The notes: generated from the sequence alone by a model not told the origin. A stretch of 64,000 bases of DNA from Candidatus Rokuibacteriota bacterium (GCA_003220495.1 QHSP01000016.1:87831-151830); one strand, 5' to 3'. Numbered from the stretch's first letter, positions 1-10,089 are shown. Numbers and translations: made by a program.

Positions 1-193
1 CGGCGGAGAACGCGCGGTCGCCCGCGCCGGTGACGACGACGACGCGCGCGTCACCGCCCCGCGCGAGCTCGCCGAAGCAGGCGGTGAGCTCCTCGCGCAT
101 GCGCTCGTTCATCGCGTTGTGGACGTTGGGCCGGTTGAGCGTGATCGTTGCGATGCCGTCGGCCAGCTCGGAGCGAATCGCCTCGTACGTCAT
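1..193 (-). CDS. Enoyl-CoA hydratase/isomerase (crotonase) family, runs off window edge
   Basis: Own translation from ATG at 193: MTYEAIRSELADGIATITLNRPNVHNAMN...VVVVTGAGDRAFSA, a typical crotonase N-terminus; not in the ORF track. Confidence 0.85.
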   Translation of the reverse strand, partial: MTYEAIRSELADGIATITLNRPNVHNAMNERMREELTACFGELARGGDARVVVVTGAGDRAFSA

Positions 194-227
194 CGGTCCG
201 ATGTCTCCCGCTCGGCTGTGGCGCGCT

Positions 228-1388
228 CTAGGTTTTCGCCCGGCGGCACACGCCGCGCGCGACGAGCCCGGTGATGTCCTCGTCGGTGTAGCCGAGCTCG
301 CGGAGTACGGCGTCGGTGTGCTGGCCCAACGTCGGCGGCGGGCCCGGGTCTTGCGTGGGCGTGCCGCGAAAGGCGATCGGCTGGCCCATCAGTCGCAGGC
401 GCCCGACTTCGGGATGATCGTACTCGTGGACCATGTCGTTGTGCTGCACCGACGGGTGCTGCATGAACTCCATCACGGTCTGGACCGGTGCCGCCGGGAT
501 GTCGTGCTTCGCGAGCAGGTCGAGCCAGTAGTCGCGCGCCCTCGACCGGAACTTGGCCTCGACGAGCGGCAGGAGCGCCTGGTTGTTCTCGAGCCGCGCG
601 AGCCACGAGGCAAAGCGCGGATCGTCGGCCAGGTGCTCGAGCTCGAGCGCCTTGCAGAGCTTCACCCAGAACGCCTGGTTGCCGACCGCGAGGAAGAACC
701 AGGCGTCGTCGCCCGCCTGATAGAGGCGATAGGTCGGGTTGTCGCGGATCAAGGTCGGCTTCGTCGGATAGTCGATGGCCACACCCGCCTGGAGCGCCAG
801 CGCCCCGCGCAAGAGCGAGGTCTCCACGCGCTGGCCGCGCCCCGTCCGCTCGCGCGCGAAGAGCGCCGAGAGAATTCCCTGAGTCGCAAGCGCGGCCGTG
901 TAGTAATCGGTCGGCGCGGTCCGGAGGTACACTGGCGGCCCCCCGAAGCCCTGCAACGTCATCAGGCCGCCCAGCGCCTGAAAGATCGGATCGAAGCCCG
1001 GCCGGTCGGAGTCCGGGCCGCTCGAGCCGAACGCCGTGACCGAGGAGTAGATCAGGCGTGGGTTGATCGCGCTCAATCGCTCATAGCCGACGCCCAGACG
1101 CTCGGCGACGCCCGGCCGCATGTTCTCCATGACCACGTCGGCGCGCGCGGCGAGCCTCTCGACGATCTCGCGGCCTTCCGGTGTCTTGAGATTCACGGCG
1201 AGCGAGCGCTTGCCGCGATTCCAGCCGAAGAAGCCGGGCAGCTCGCGGAACGAGTCACCCTCGAGGGCCTCGACCTTGATGACCGCCGCCCCGAGGTCGG
1301 CCAGCTGCATCGCGGCGTAGGAGCCGGCGATGTAGCTCGTCAGATCGACGACCTGGACACCGTCGAGCGGCGGCGGGGGCGTGGACAC
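228..1388 (-). CDS. Class III CoA transferase (CaiB/BaiF family)
   Basis: PLDGVQVVDLT, LADLGAAVIKVE, NRGKRS, ENMRPG, GFD motifs. Confidence 0.92.
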   Translation of the reverse strand: MSTPPPPLDGVQVVDLTSYIAGSYAAMQLADLGAAVIKVEALEGDSFRELPGFFGWNRGKRSLAVNLKTPEGREIVERLAARADVVMENMRPGVAERLGVGYERLSAINPRLIYSSVTAFGSSGPDSDRPGFDPIFQALGGLMTLQGFGGPPVYLRTAPTDYYTAALATQGILSALFARERTGRGQRVETSLLRGALALQAGVAIDYPTKPTLIRDNPTYRLYQAGDDAWFFLAVGNQAFWVKLCKALELEHLADDPRFASWLARLENNQALLPLVEAKFRSRARDYWLDLLAKHDIPAAPVQTVMEFMQHPSVQHNDMVHEYDHPEVGRLRLMGQPIAFRGTPTQDPGPPPTLGQHTDAVLRELGYTDEDITGLVARGVCRRAKT

Positions 1389-1407
1389 GGGGCGGTTGTC
1401 GCTCCAG

Positions 1408-2526
1408 CTACCTCGTGGCGCGCCGGACGATCTGCTCGCGGTGGTAGTCGACGTCGCCGTACATCGACTCGAGCGCCTTGGCGCGCTTGAAGTAGATGTG
1501 CAGGTCGTACTCCCACGTGAAGCCGATACCGCCGTGCACCTGGATCGCCTCGCCGCAGACCTTTCGAGACGCGTCGGCGACGTACGCCTTGGCGACCGAG
1601 GCCGCGACCTCGTGATCCTCCGCCTTCGCGTCGAGCGCCCACGCCGCGTAGTACACGGCCGAGTGTGAGTTCTCGACCTCGAGGAGCATCTCGGAGCACT
1701 TGTGGCGGATCGCCTGGAAGGAGCCGATCGGCTGGCCGAACTGCTCGCGCACCTTGGCGTAACCGACCGCCATGTCCAGGCAGCGGCGCGCGGCGCCCAG
1801 CATCTCCGCCGCGGCGCCGACCGCGCCCCGGCGGAGGAGGTCCGTGATCAGCGATGCGGCCTGGCCGGGCGCGCCGAGCACGGCATCGCCGGCCACCGGC
1901 ACCTTGTCCAACTCGAGATGGACCCAGCGCGTCGCCAGATCCATGCCCTGGACGGGCGAGAGCTTGAGCCCCGCCGCCGAGGGATCGACCAGGAACAGGG
2001 ACGGGCCTTCGGGCACGCGCGCCGGGATCAGCAGCACGTTCGCCACGTGGGCCCACGGCACGAAGCGCTTCGTCCCCGAGAGGGTCCAGCCCCTGGACGA
2101 CTTCTCCGCCCGTGTCGTCACCGCCGCCGGATCCCAGTCGAGATCGTTGTCGAGGAACGCCAGGGTCGCGCGCGCGTCGCCGGTCGCGATCGCCGAGAGC
2201 CAGCGCTTCCTCTGCGTGTCGGTGCCGGCCGCCTCGATGGCGGCGGCGGACAGGACGGTCGGCCAGTACGGGCCGGGATAGGCGGCGCGGCCGAGCTCCT
2301 CGAGCAGGATCGCGGTCTCGACCATGCCGAGGCCGCTGCCGCCGTACGCCTCGGGCAGGGAGAGGCCGTGCCAGCCGAGCTGCGCCATCTCCTTCCACAT
2401 CGACTCGCTCTCGCCGCGCGGATCGTCCCACAGGAGGCGAACCGTCGCCGGCTTGCAGTGCTCGTCGAGGAACGCGCGAGCCGAGTTTTTCAACAGTTGC
2501 TGGTCGGAGCTGAATGAAAAGTCCAT
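1408..2526 (-). CDS. Acyl-CoA dehydrogenase family protein
   Basis: LPEAYGGSG, REQFGQPIGSFQAIRH, IQVHGGIGFTWE motifs. Confidence 0.92.
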   Translation of the reverse strand: MDFSFSSDQQLLKNSARAFLDEHCKPATVRLLWDDPRGESESMWKEMAQLGWHGLSLPEAYGGSGLGMVETAILLEELGRAAYPGPYWPTVLSAAAIEAAGTDTQRKRWLSAIATGDARATLAFLDNDLDWDPAAVTTRAEKSSRGWTLSGTKRFVPWAHVANVLLIPARVPEGPSLFLVDPSAAGLKLSPVQGMDLATRWVHLELDKVPVAGDAVLGAPGQAASLITDLLRRGAVGAAAEMLGAARRCLDMAVGYAKVREQFGQPIGSFQAIRHKCSEMLLEVENSHSAVYYAAWALDAKAEDHEVAASVAKAYVADASRKVCGEAIQVHGGIGFTWEYDLHIYFKRAKALESMYGDVDYHREQIVRRATR

Positions 2527-2530
2527 GGCG

Positions 2531-3736
2531 TCAGGCCTTCAGGCGGTCGGCGCGCACTTCCTTCGGCAGGCCGAGCACGCGCTCTCCGATGATGTTCTTC
2601 TGGATCTCGGACGAGCCCGAGTAGATCGTGCCCGCGCGCGACCAGAGGAACGCGGTCGCGAAGGTGCCGGGCTCGCCGGAGGAGGTATCGACCTCCTCGA
2701 ACTCCTCGCGCGCGACCATGAGCTGGCCGAACGGGCCGAGGATCTCGAGCGCGAGCTCGTAGTAGCGCTTCTCGAACTCGGTATACGAAAGCTTCGTGAT
2801 CGACGAGGCGGCGCCCGGCGCATCGCCCTTTTGCAGGGCCGAGAGCACGCGCAGCGCGGCGTAGCGCTGCACCTCGAGATCGGCGTAGATGCGCCCCATC
2901 CGCGCGCGCACCGCCGGGTCCTCGATCAGCGGCCGGCCGCCGCGCTTGAGCTCCTTCGTGGCCTTCACCAGCTGGTTGAACGCGGTGACATACCGCGTGA
3001 CGCGCCCGAGCGCGTTCCCACCGCGCTCGAAGCCGAGCGTGGTCTGCGCGATCGCCCAGCCCTCGTTGATGTTGCCGATCAGGTCCGACTTCTCGGCGCG
3101 CGCGTTCGTCATGAAGACCTCGGAGAAGAGCGAGCTGCCCGTGATCTGCTTGAGCGGCCGCACCTCGACGCCGGGCTGGCGCATGTTGAGGAGCACGCAC
3201 GAGATACCGCGGTGCTTGGCCACCTTCGGATCGGTGCGAGCGAGTAGGATGCCCCAGTCGGCGATCGGGCCGCTCGAGGTCCAGATCTTCTGGCCGTTGA
3301 CGACGAAGTGCTCGCCCTGGTCCTCGGCCCGCGTCTTGAGACTCGCGAGGTCCGATCCGGCGTTCGGCTCGGAGTAGAGCTGGCACCAGATCTCCTCGGC
3401 GGTCAGCATCTTCTTCAGATAGCGCTGCTTCTGCGCCTCGGTGCCGTGGACGATGATCGTCGGGCCGATGAACCCGATGCCGAGACCGTTGATGGCCGGC
3501 GGTGCGCTCACGCGCGCCATCTCGTCCTGCACGATCGCCTGCTGCATCGGCGTGGCGCCCCAGCCCCCGTACTCATTGGGCCACAGCATCCCGACGTAGC
3601 CCGCTTCGTAGAGCTTCCGATGCCACGCCTTGCGCTCGTCGAGCGTCTTGAGATCCTGCTTGGGAACATTGGCCTCGAGCCAGCGGCGCGTCGAGGCGCG
3701 GAATTCGCGGTCTTCAGGCGAGTAGTTCAGGTCCAT
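2531..3736 (-). CDS. Acyl-CoA dehydrogenase family protein (probable partner of 1408..2526)
   Basis: Start moved to MDLNYS (ATG 3736, GGAGG upstream); WCQLYSEPNAGSDLASL, NGQKIWTS, TIYSGSSEIQKNII. Confidence 0.92.
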   Translation of the reverse strand: MDLNYSPEDREFRASTRRWLEANVPKQDLKTLDERKAWHRKLYEAGYVGMLWPNEYGGWGATPMQQAIVQDEMARVSAPPAINGLGIGFIGPTIIVHGTEAQKQRYLKKMLTAEEIWCQLYSEPNAGSDLASLKTRAEDQGEHFVVNGQKIWTSSGPIADWGILLARTDPKVAKHRGISCVLLNMRQPGVEVRPLKQITGSSLFSEVFMTNARAEKSDLIGNINEGWAIAQTTLGFERGGNALGRVTRYVTAFNQLVKATKELKRGGRPLIEDPAVRARMGRIYADLEVQRYAALRVLSALQKGDAPGAASSITKLSYTEFEKRYYELALEILGPFGQLMVAREEFEEVDTSSGEPGTFATAFLWSRAGTIYSGSSEIQKNIIGERVLGLPKEVRADRLKA

Positions 3737-3752
3737 CGGGTCGGCCTCCGCA

Positions 3753-3802
3753 GTGCGCGCCGCAGGCCGTCGCGGGGCTGGGGCCCCGCCGGCCGAGGCG
3801 CG
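3753..3802 (+). repeat. Structured intergenic repeat family 1, copy A
   Basis: GTGCGCGCCGCAGGCCGTCGCGGGGCTGGGGCCCCGCCGGCCGAGGCGCG; near-identical copies at 15357, 31774, 48155 and 51466. Confidence 0.85.
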
Positions 3803-3844
3803 GCTATGACGAATGCACGTTTCTAGCACGCCGGCCAGCACGAA

Positions 3845-4696
3845 TCAACGCGCGGGGGCCGGCAGCCGGTAGATCGCGGTGTGGAGCACGTGGGCGATCG
3901 GGCGGCGCTCGCCGGCGACCAGGACCAGGTCCGCCTCCACGAACTCGCGGCCCTTCTTCTCGAAGAGCGAGCGCACCTTGCCGCGGGTCGACAACGTCTC
4001 GCCGACCTTCGCGCCGCCGAGGTGGCGCACGACGCTTCCGGCGTGGATCCACGGGCTCATGCGGACGTTCTGCGAGAGCGCCTTGTTGGCCTGGTCGAGG
4101 AAGAACCCGGGATGGACCCAGCCGCGCGCGCCGCGATAGATCGAGAGACCGTCGCTGACGCGCTCGAGATATTCGGCGGCGCGCTCGTCGTCGTACGGAT
4201 TGATGGGCGTGCCGAGCGCGCTGAGGCCGGCGAGGTGGTCGCGCGTCGCGAGCGGGCGGTCGGCCGGTAGCGGCGCCGCCGGGTACCGGGCCAGGTTCAC
4301 CGGGACCGGCGAGCCGGCCGGCAGGGTGGCGATCAACGTCGCGCACTCGCCGCCGACGGCGGTCGTTGCCGTGACCGTCGCGGTGAGACCCTTGCGGTCG
4401 CGCGAGGTCACCACACCGGCCAGCCGAACCTCTTCGCCGTCGTGGATGGGCTTGCGGAATCGGGCGTTCGCGGTCCCGCGCTCGAGCCAGGCGGCGCCGA
4501 ACGCCTCGACCAGCGGATGGGTCAGGTACGCGTAGACGGTCACGCCGGGCACGAGCGCGCCGCGAAAGCCGTACTGACGCGCGATCTGCTCGTCGTGGAT
4601 CTTGTTCTCGGAGCTCGAGGACGTGTTGCGAGCCTTGACGTGATACTCGGGCAGGCGCTCCTGGCTATCCGTATCGGCCTCCTTCGTCGACGGCAC
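3845..4696 (-). CDS. Hypothetical protein, probable double hot-dog/MaoC-like fold
   Basis: ENKIHD...YGFRGALVPGV and RFRKPIHDGE resemble the MaoC hydratase motif; the second half has another hot-dog-like repeat. Confidence 0.65.
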   Translation of the reverse strand: MPSTKEADTDSQERLPEYHVKARNTSSSSENKIHDEQIARQYGFRGALVPGVTVYAYLTHPLVEAFGAAWLERGTANARFRKPIHDGEEVRLAGVVTSRDRKGLTATVTATTAVGGECATLIATLPAGSPVPVNLARYPAAPLPADRPLATRDHLAGLSALGTPINPYDDERAAEYLERVSDGLSIYRGARGWVHPGFFLDQANKALSQNVRMSPWIHAGSVVRHLGGAKVGETLSTRGKVRSLFEKKGREFVEADLVLVAGERRPIAHVLHTAIYRLPAPAR

Positions 4697-4738
4697 GGCC
4701 GCCGCCCCAGGTCCGGCAAGTATATAATCAACGCGGTC

Positions 4739-5335
4739 ATGTCGCGCGGGCTCCTCATCCCCTTGGTCGTAATCGCCCTACTGGTCATCGGCGTCGGCGC
4801 GTGGGCAGTCTCGATCAACAACCAGCTGGTCGTCCTCGACCAGAACGTCGGCGAGAAGTGGGCGCAGGTGCAGAACGTCTATCAGCGCCGCGCCGACCTC
4901 ATTCCGAATCTCGTCGAGACGGTGAAGGGCTTTGCGGCGCAGGAGCGCACGGTGCTGGAGGAGGTCACGCGCGCGCGGGCGAGCGCCTCCTCGATCCAGC
5001 TCACGCCCGAGGCGCTCAACGACCCCAAGGCGCTCGAGCGGTTCCAGGCCGCGCAGAACCAGCTCTCGGGCGCGCTCTCGCGGCTGCTGGTCACGGTCGA
5101 ACGCTACCCCGAGCTCAAGTCGAACCAGAACTTCCTGGCGCTGCAGAGCCAGCTCGAAGGCACCGAGAACCGGATCACCGTCGAGCGCCGTAACTTCAAT
5201 CAGGCGGTCCGCGACTACAACACGCGCCTGCGGCTCTTCCCGGGCTCGGCGGTCGCGCGCTTCTCGGGCTATCAACCCAAGGCGTTCTTCGAGGCGGCGC
5301 CCGACGCGGCGACCGTCCCCAAGGTGAAGTTCTAG
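4739..5335 (+). CDS. lemA: LemA family protein
   Basis: N-terminal TM, QRRADLIPNLVETVKG, ERYPELKSNQNF, LEGTENRI; TATAAT at 4723-4728. Confidence 0.95.
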   Translation: MSRGLLIPLVVIALLVIGVGAWAVSINNQLVVLDQNVGEKWAQVQNVYQRRADLIPNLVETVKGFAAQERTVLEEVTRARASASSIQLTPEALNDPKALERFQAAQNQLSGALSRLLVTVERYPELKSNQNFLALQSQLEGTENRITVERRNFNQAVRDYNTRLRLFPGSAVARFSGYQPKAFFEAAPDAATVPKVKF

Positions 5336-5336
5336 T

Positions 5337-6089
5337 CTGCTTCTCGCCGCTGTCCTCGCCGTCGCCCTCGTCCTGCCGCCAGCGCCGACCGCCCGGCTGA
5401 ACGACTACGCCGGTCTTCTGACGCCGGCCGAGCGCGAGCGGATCGAGGCCCTCCTGACCGAGCGCGAGCGGACCACCGGAACCCAGATGGCGATCGCCGT
5501 GTTCAAGTCGCTCGACGGCGAGAGCCTGGAGGACGTCGCGAACCGGCTCTTCCAGCAATGGCGTCTCGGCCAGAAGAAGCTCGACAACGGCGTGCTACTC
5601 GTCGTGTTCGTCGAGGATCGAAAGCTTCGCCTCGAGGTCGGGTACGGGCTCGAAGGGGTGCTGCCCGACGCCGAGGCCGCGCAGATCATCCGCGGCGCGA
5701 TCGCGCCGCGCTTTCGAGAGCAGCGTTACGCGGCGGGGCTCGAGGCCGCCACGATCGCCGCCTACGAGCGCATCAAGCCGGGCTCGACGCCGCCCGAGGA
5801 GCTGAAGCGGTGGGCGCCGCAACGGCGGCGGGACAACACGAGCCCGAATCTCTACCTGCTCATTCTTCTCGCGTTCGTCGCGCTGACCGTCGGCGGGCTG
5901 GCGTGGGAAGCCTCGCACCAGCGCGGCTACACCGCGGGTCGGCGAGGCTGGACATCGTCGGGGGGCGGCTGGTATGGCGGAGGACGGGGCGGCGGCGGCT
6001 ACTCGGGCGGCGGCGGCTTTTCCGATGGTGGTGGCTTCTCGGGTGGCGGGGGGAGCTCCGGTGGCGGCGGTGCGAGCGGGAGCTGGTAA
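5337..6089 (+). CDS. TPM-domain (YgcG-like) membrane protein with Gly-rich tail; start probably upstream of ORF-track ATG
   Basis: Frame is open from 5328; LLLAAVLAVALVLPPAPTARLNDYAGLL precedes the ATG at 5487; DNGVLL, RLEVGYGLEG, GGGFSGGGGSSGGGGASGSW. Confidence 0.85.
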   Translation: MLLAAVLAVALVLPPAPTARLNDYAGLLTPAERERIEALLTERERTTGTQMAIAVFKSLDGESLEDVANRLFQQWRLGQKKLDNGVLLVVFVEDRKLRLEVGYGLEGVLPDAEAAQIIRGAIAPRFREQRYAAGLEAATIAAYERIKPGSTPPEELKRWAPQRRRDNTSPNLYLLILLAFVALTVGGLAWEASHQRGYTAGRRGWTSSGGGWYGGGRGGGGYSGGGGFSDGGGFSGGGGSSGGGGASGSW

Positions 6090-6562
6090 TGGCGAAGCAT
6101 CCGAGCTGGACCCGGCAGTTTCTGAGCGAGGCGGACTTCGACGCGATCACGCGCGCGATCAAGACCGCCGAGTCGCGGACCTCCGCGGAGATCCGGGTGC
6201 ATCTCGAGCGCCGCGTGCCGCGGCGGCTCATGCTCGGCCGCGCGCCGGACGTCATGACGCGAGCCCGCCACGTGTTCCGGCGCCTCGGCATGCACCGGAC
6301 CGCCGAGCGCCACGGCGTGCTGGTCTACCTCGCCGTCGAGGACCGGCGTCTGGCGGTCGTCGGCGACGAGGGCATCCACGGGCGCGTCGGGGATCCGCAC
6401 TGGCACCGCGTGCGCGACCTGATGCTGGAGCGGCTGCGGTCGAACGCCCCGCGCGAGGCGATCGAGCGCGCGGTCGAAGAGCTCGGTCGTGCGCTCGCCG
6501 AGCACTATCCGCGCCGGCCCGACGATCTGAACGAGCTGAGCGACGAGGTCAGCGTGTCGTGA
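6089..6562 (+). CDS. TPM-domain protein (lemA-associated)
   Basis: TAATG coupling; AESRTSAEIRV, GVLVYLA, VGDEGIH, NELSDEVS. Confidence 0.9.
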   Translation: MAKHPSWTRQFLSEADFDAITRAIKTAESRTSAEIRVHLERRVPRRLMLGRAPDVMTRARHVFRRLGMHRTAERHGVLVYLAVEDRRLAVVGDEGIHGRVGDPHWHRVRDLMLERLRSNAPREAIERAVEELGRALAEHYPRRPDDLNELSDEVSVS

Positions 6563-6590
6563 GATGCGGCGTCGGGTGTACTGTACGGGC

Positions 6591-6908
6591 ATGGTCGCGC
6601 GCGTCGCGATGGTTGGACTCCTCTCGACAACGCTGGTCCTGTCGGCGGCGAGCGCTCAGGAAGCTCGGTCCGGCGAGGCCCCGGCGCCTCTCGAGCTCAA
6701 GCGCGAGGCGAAGCCGGCGCGGCCGATCGCGCGCCCCGAGAGCGACCGCGGCCAGGCGAGCCGTGACGCTGCGCGCGCCGCGGCCGAGTACGAGCAGCGG
6801 CAGCGAGACGACCAGCTGGTGCGCGAGCAGACGCGCCCGGCGCTCCGGCGCCCGGATCTCGGCTACGAGGTGACCGGGGGTATCCAGCAGCGCAACCTGC
6901 GCCGATGA
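6591..6908 (+). CDS. Small hypothetical secreted protein
   Basis: Signal-peptide-like N-terminus (ASA/QE); TACTGT 6 nt before ATG 6591; ATGA overlap with next gene. Confidence 0.6.
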   Translation: MVARVAMVGLLSTTLVLSAASAQEARSGEAPAPLELKREAKPARPIARPESDRGQASRDAARAAAEYEQRQRDDQLVREQTRPALRRPDLGYEVTGGIQQRNLRR

Positions 6909-8005
6909 CCCGCGACGACATTCCAACGCCTGCGCTGCTGCTCGACCTCGACCGCTTCGAGCGTAACCTCCGCCGGATGGCGGCGCACGCGCGCGCCACC
7001 GGCAAGAACCTCCGGCCTCACGCGAAGACGCATCGCTGCCCCGAGATCGCCCGCCGCCAGGTGAGCGCGGGCGCGCTCGGCGTGGCCTGCGCGAAGCTCG
7101 GCGAGGCGGAGGTGATGGCGCGGGCCGGCGTGCGTGGTCTTCTCATCACGACCGAAGTCGTCGCCCACGCCGCGATCCGGCGGCTCATGCGGCTCGTCTC
7201 GGCGGCGCCGGACACGCTCGTCGTGATCGACAATCCCGCCAACGTGGCCGATCTCGGCCGCGAGGCGTCCGCCGACGGCGTGACGGTCAACGTGCTGGTC
7301 GACGTCGACGTGGGCACCCGGCGCACCGGCATCGCCCCCGGCGAGCCGGCGCTGGCGCTGGCCCGCGCCGCGGTCGCGCAGCCGTCGCTCCGTTTTCGTG
7401 GGCTCCAGGGCTACGCGGGCCACTGCGCGCACGTCATGGGCTGGGAGGCGCGGCGCGAGGCCTCGCACGCGGCGTTGAAGCCGCTGATGGAGACGCGCGA
7501 GCTGATCGAGCGAGCCGGGCTGCCGGTCGAGATCGTCGCCGGCGGCTCGACCGGCACGTGGGACATCGACATCGAGCTGCCCGGGCTCACCGAGCTGCAG
7601 GCGGGCTCCTACTGCGTGATGGACATCGACTATCGGCGGATCGGCGCTCGGGCCGGCGCGGTGAACGGCGACTTCGAGATGGCGCTGACGGTGATCACCA
7701 CCGTGGTCAGCGTGCCGACGACCGAGCGCGCGATGGTCGACGGCGGGCTCAAGGCCTTCTCGACCGACAAGCCGTTTCCGCCCGAATCGGTGGAGCGCCC
7801 GGGTGTCGAGTTCAGCTTCGCGGGCGACGAGCACGGGCGATTGACCGTGACGGATCCGTCGCGCGCGCCGCGGCTCGGCGAGCGCATCGAGTTCTTCCCG
7901 CCCCACTGCGATCCGACGATCAACCTCTACGATCGGATCTACGCGATGCGCGGCGACAAGGTCGAGGCGGTCTGGGACATCGCTGCGCGCGGCCGGAGCG
8001 ATTAG
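6905..8005 (+). CDS. DSD1/D-threonine aldolase-like fold-type III PLP enzyme
   Basis: TPALLLDL, LRPHAKTH (PLP Lys), GGSTGT, ELQAGSY, HCDPTINL. Confidence 0.9.
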   Translation: MTRDDIPTPALLLDLDRFERNLRRMAAHARATGKNLRPHAKTHRCPEIARRQVSAGALGVACAKLGEAEVMARAGVRGLLITTEVVAHAAIRRLMRLVSAAPDTLVVIDNPANVADLGREASADGVTVNVLVDVDVGTRRTGIAPGEPALALARAAVAQPSLRFRGLQGYAGHCAHVMGWEARREASHAALKPLMETRELIERAGLPVEIVAGGSTGTWDIDIELPGLTELQAGSYCVMDIDYRRIGARAGAVNGDFEMALTVITTVVSVPTTERAMVDGGLKAFSTDKPFPPESVERPGVEFSFAGDEHGRLTVTDPSRAPRLGERIEFFPPHCDPTINLYDRIYAMRGDKVEAVWDIAARGRSD

Positions 8006-8038
8006 CTCCATATTCGGACTGCGCGCGGGCTGGTCGGC

Positions 8039-8488
8039 TCAGGCGGCCGGACGATACGCGATCAGGTAGCGGTGCTCGCCCTCGAGCACGACCTCGCCGC
8101 GCTGGTTCTTCAGCGCGACGCGCAGCGTGAGGAGCCCGGCCGACCGCTTGCGCTCCAGCGCGACCACCTCGTGCTCGGGAGAGATCGTGTCGCCGATGAG
8201 CGCCGGCCCGCGGAAGCGCGTGGTCTGCTCGACGAAGGCCACGATGGAGTCCTCGATCGACGGCGCGAGGGTCGAGGCGCCGACCGCGGTGAGCGACGCG
8301 AGGAGCAGACCGTGGGCGAGTCGTCCGCCGTAGCGCGTCTTCTTTCCGTACTCTTCGTCGTAGTGGATCGGGTGGTTATCGCCCGTCATGCCCGCGAAGA
8401 ACATGAAGTGCGCGTCGGTCAAGGTGCGCGACGGGCTCTTGAACCGATCGCCGACGGTGAAGTCCTCGAAGTAGCGCTGCGCCGTCAC
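8039..8488 (-). CDS. MaoC family dehydratase
   Basis: GTG start overlapping the dus stop; YFEDF, FAGMTGDNHPIH, LAHG. Confidence 0.9.
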   Translation of the reverse strand: MTAQRYFEDFTVGDRFKSPSRTLTDAHFMFFAGMTGDNHPIHYDEEYGKKTRYGGRLAHGLLLASLTAVGASTLAPSIEDSIVAFVEQTTRFRGPALIGDTISPEHEVVALERKRSAGLLTLRVALKNQRGEVVLEGEHRYLIAYRPAA

Positions 8489-9393
8489 CAGGCGCTCCAG
8501 AAGACCTCGCGTGCCTCCGCGGCGTCCTGGGCTCGGAACAGCTCCACGCGCAGGCGCGCGGCGCCCGGAAAGCCGCTCGCGTACCAGGCCAGGTGTTTCT
8601 TCAGCTGAATGGCCGCCGTCCGCGGCGGCAGGAGCGCCTCGATCAGCGCGTCGTGGCGGCGGATGATCCGCGCGCGATCTTCTCGCGGCACCTGAGACCC
8701 GCGGAAGATCCACGGCGCGCCGAGCGCGCCGCGGCCGACCATGACGGCCGCGCACCGGGTGGCGGCCACCATCGCCTCGGCGTCGGCGGGGCTCTGCACG
8801 TCGCCGTTGCCGATCACCGGGATCGCGACCGCGTCGACGACGCCGGCGATGATCTCCCACGGCGCGCGGCCGCTGTACTGCTGCGAGCGTGTGCGCGGAT
8901 GGACGGTGATCGCGTCGACGCCCTCGCTCTCCGCGATGCGGGCGATCTCCACGGCGTTCACCGTGCGGTCGTCCCAGCCGCCGCGGATCTTGATCGTCAA
9001 GTCGACGCCGATCGCCTTGCGCATCGTACGCAACACGACGGCCGCGCCGAGCGGATCGCGCATCAGCGCGGAGCCCTGGCCCTTCGCGACGATCTTGGCC
9101 ACCGGGCAGCCCATGTTGAGATCGATCGCGTCGGCGCCGGCGGCCTCGAGCCGCCGGGCGGCCTCGGCCAGCACGTCCGGATCGGCGCCCAGGAGCTGGA
9201 GCGCGATCGGGTGCTCCTCGGGCAGGAAGCTCGCGAGCTCGGCCGTGCGCGCGCTGCCCTCGACGAGCCCGCGGGCGTCGATCTCCTCGCTGGTGAGCCG
9301 GCCGGCGCCGCATTCACGGGCGATCAGCCTGAAGGGCGTATTGGTCACCGCCGCCATCGGCGCCAGACGCAGGTCGATCATGCCGTCCAGCAT
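8485..9393 (-). CDS. dusB: tRNA-dihydrouridine synthase (DusB-like); start may be ATG 9381
   Basis: LAPMA, IDLNMGCP, KIRGGWD, VHPRT, GNGDV, VMVGRG. Confidence 0.85.
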   Translation of the reverse strand: MLDGMIDLRLAPMAAVTNTPFRLIARECGAGRLTSEEIDARGLVEGSARTAELASFLPEEHPIALQLLGADPDVLAEAARRLEAAGADAIDLNMGCPVAKIVAKGQGSALMRDPLGAAVVLRTMRKAIGVDLTIKIRGGWDDRTVNAVEIARIAESEGVDAITVHPRTRSQQYSGRAPWEIIAGVVDAVAIPVIGNGDVQSPADAEAMVAATRCAAVMVGRGALGAPWIFRGSQVPREDRARIIRRHDALIEALLPPRTAAIQLKKHLAWYASGFPGAARLRVELFRAQDAAEAREVFWSAW

Positions 9394-9411
9394 CTCACGG
9401 AAGGGCCGGGG

Positions 9412-10089
9412 CTACTCCACGAGCGCGATGGCGCGCACCGGTGAGCCGTCCGCGCCTTCGAGCTTCAGCGGCAGCGCCATGAACCGGCAGCGCGCGGCGC
9501 CGATCTGGTCGAGGTTGGTCAGGTACTCGATCACGGTGATCCCGACCGGGAAGAAGATCGCGTGGGTCGTGTACTCCGAGCGGCCCGGACGCCGTCGCGG
9601 CTCGGCGATCGTGTCGCGGATGCAGTGGTCGGGCGGATAGTCGTAGCCGACGGCCTTGGCGCCTCTTGTGACGAGCCACTCGCAGGCGCTCGGGCCGGTC
9701 CACGGAGCGTCCTTCCAGAACTGCTCCTTGTCGACGCCCATGCGCCGGGGCCAGTCGGTGCGCAGCAGCACGATGTCGCCACGCCGCACGTGCGCGGCGT
9801 GGCGCTCGAGGTCCGCGGCCGTGACCTCGCCGTTGGCGCCGAGGTGCGTGAGATCGACCACGGCCGCGTCACCCACCCACTGATCCACCGGCATCGAAGC
9901 CATGTCGCGCCCGTCGACCAGGTAGTGGAGCGGCGCATCGACGTGCGTGTAGGCGTGGCAGCTGATCGTCAGCACCGTGCTCTGCAGCGGATGGCCGGTG
10001 GTGTGCGCGGCCACGAGCTCGGGCGCGACCTTCCAGCGAAAGTGCGGCCGGATCGGGAAGCTCAGGTCGACGAGGCGCACGACCGTCAC
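9412..10089 (-). CDS. Cyclase/kynurenine formamidase family metal hydrolase
   Basis: VDLS, HAYTHVDAPLH (HxGTHxDxPxH variant), IEYLTNL, GADGSPVRA. Confidence 0.88.
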   Translation of the reverse strand: MTVVRLVDLSFPIRPHFRWKVAPELVAAHTTGHPLQSTVLTISCHAYTHVDAPLHYLVDGRDMASMPVDQWVGDAAVVDLTHLGANGEVTAADLERHAAHVRRGDIVLLRTDWPRRMGVDKEQFWKDAPWTGPSACEWLVTRGAKAVGYDYPPDHCIRDTIAEPRRRPGRSEYTTHAIFFPVGITVIEYLTNLDQIGAARCRFMALPLKLEGADGSPVRAIALVE

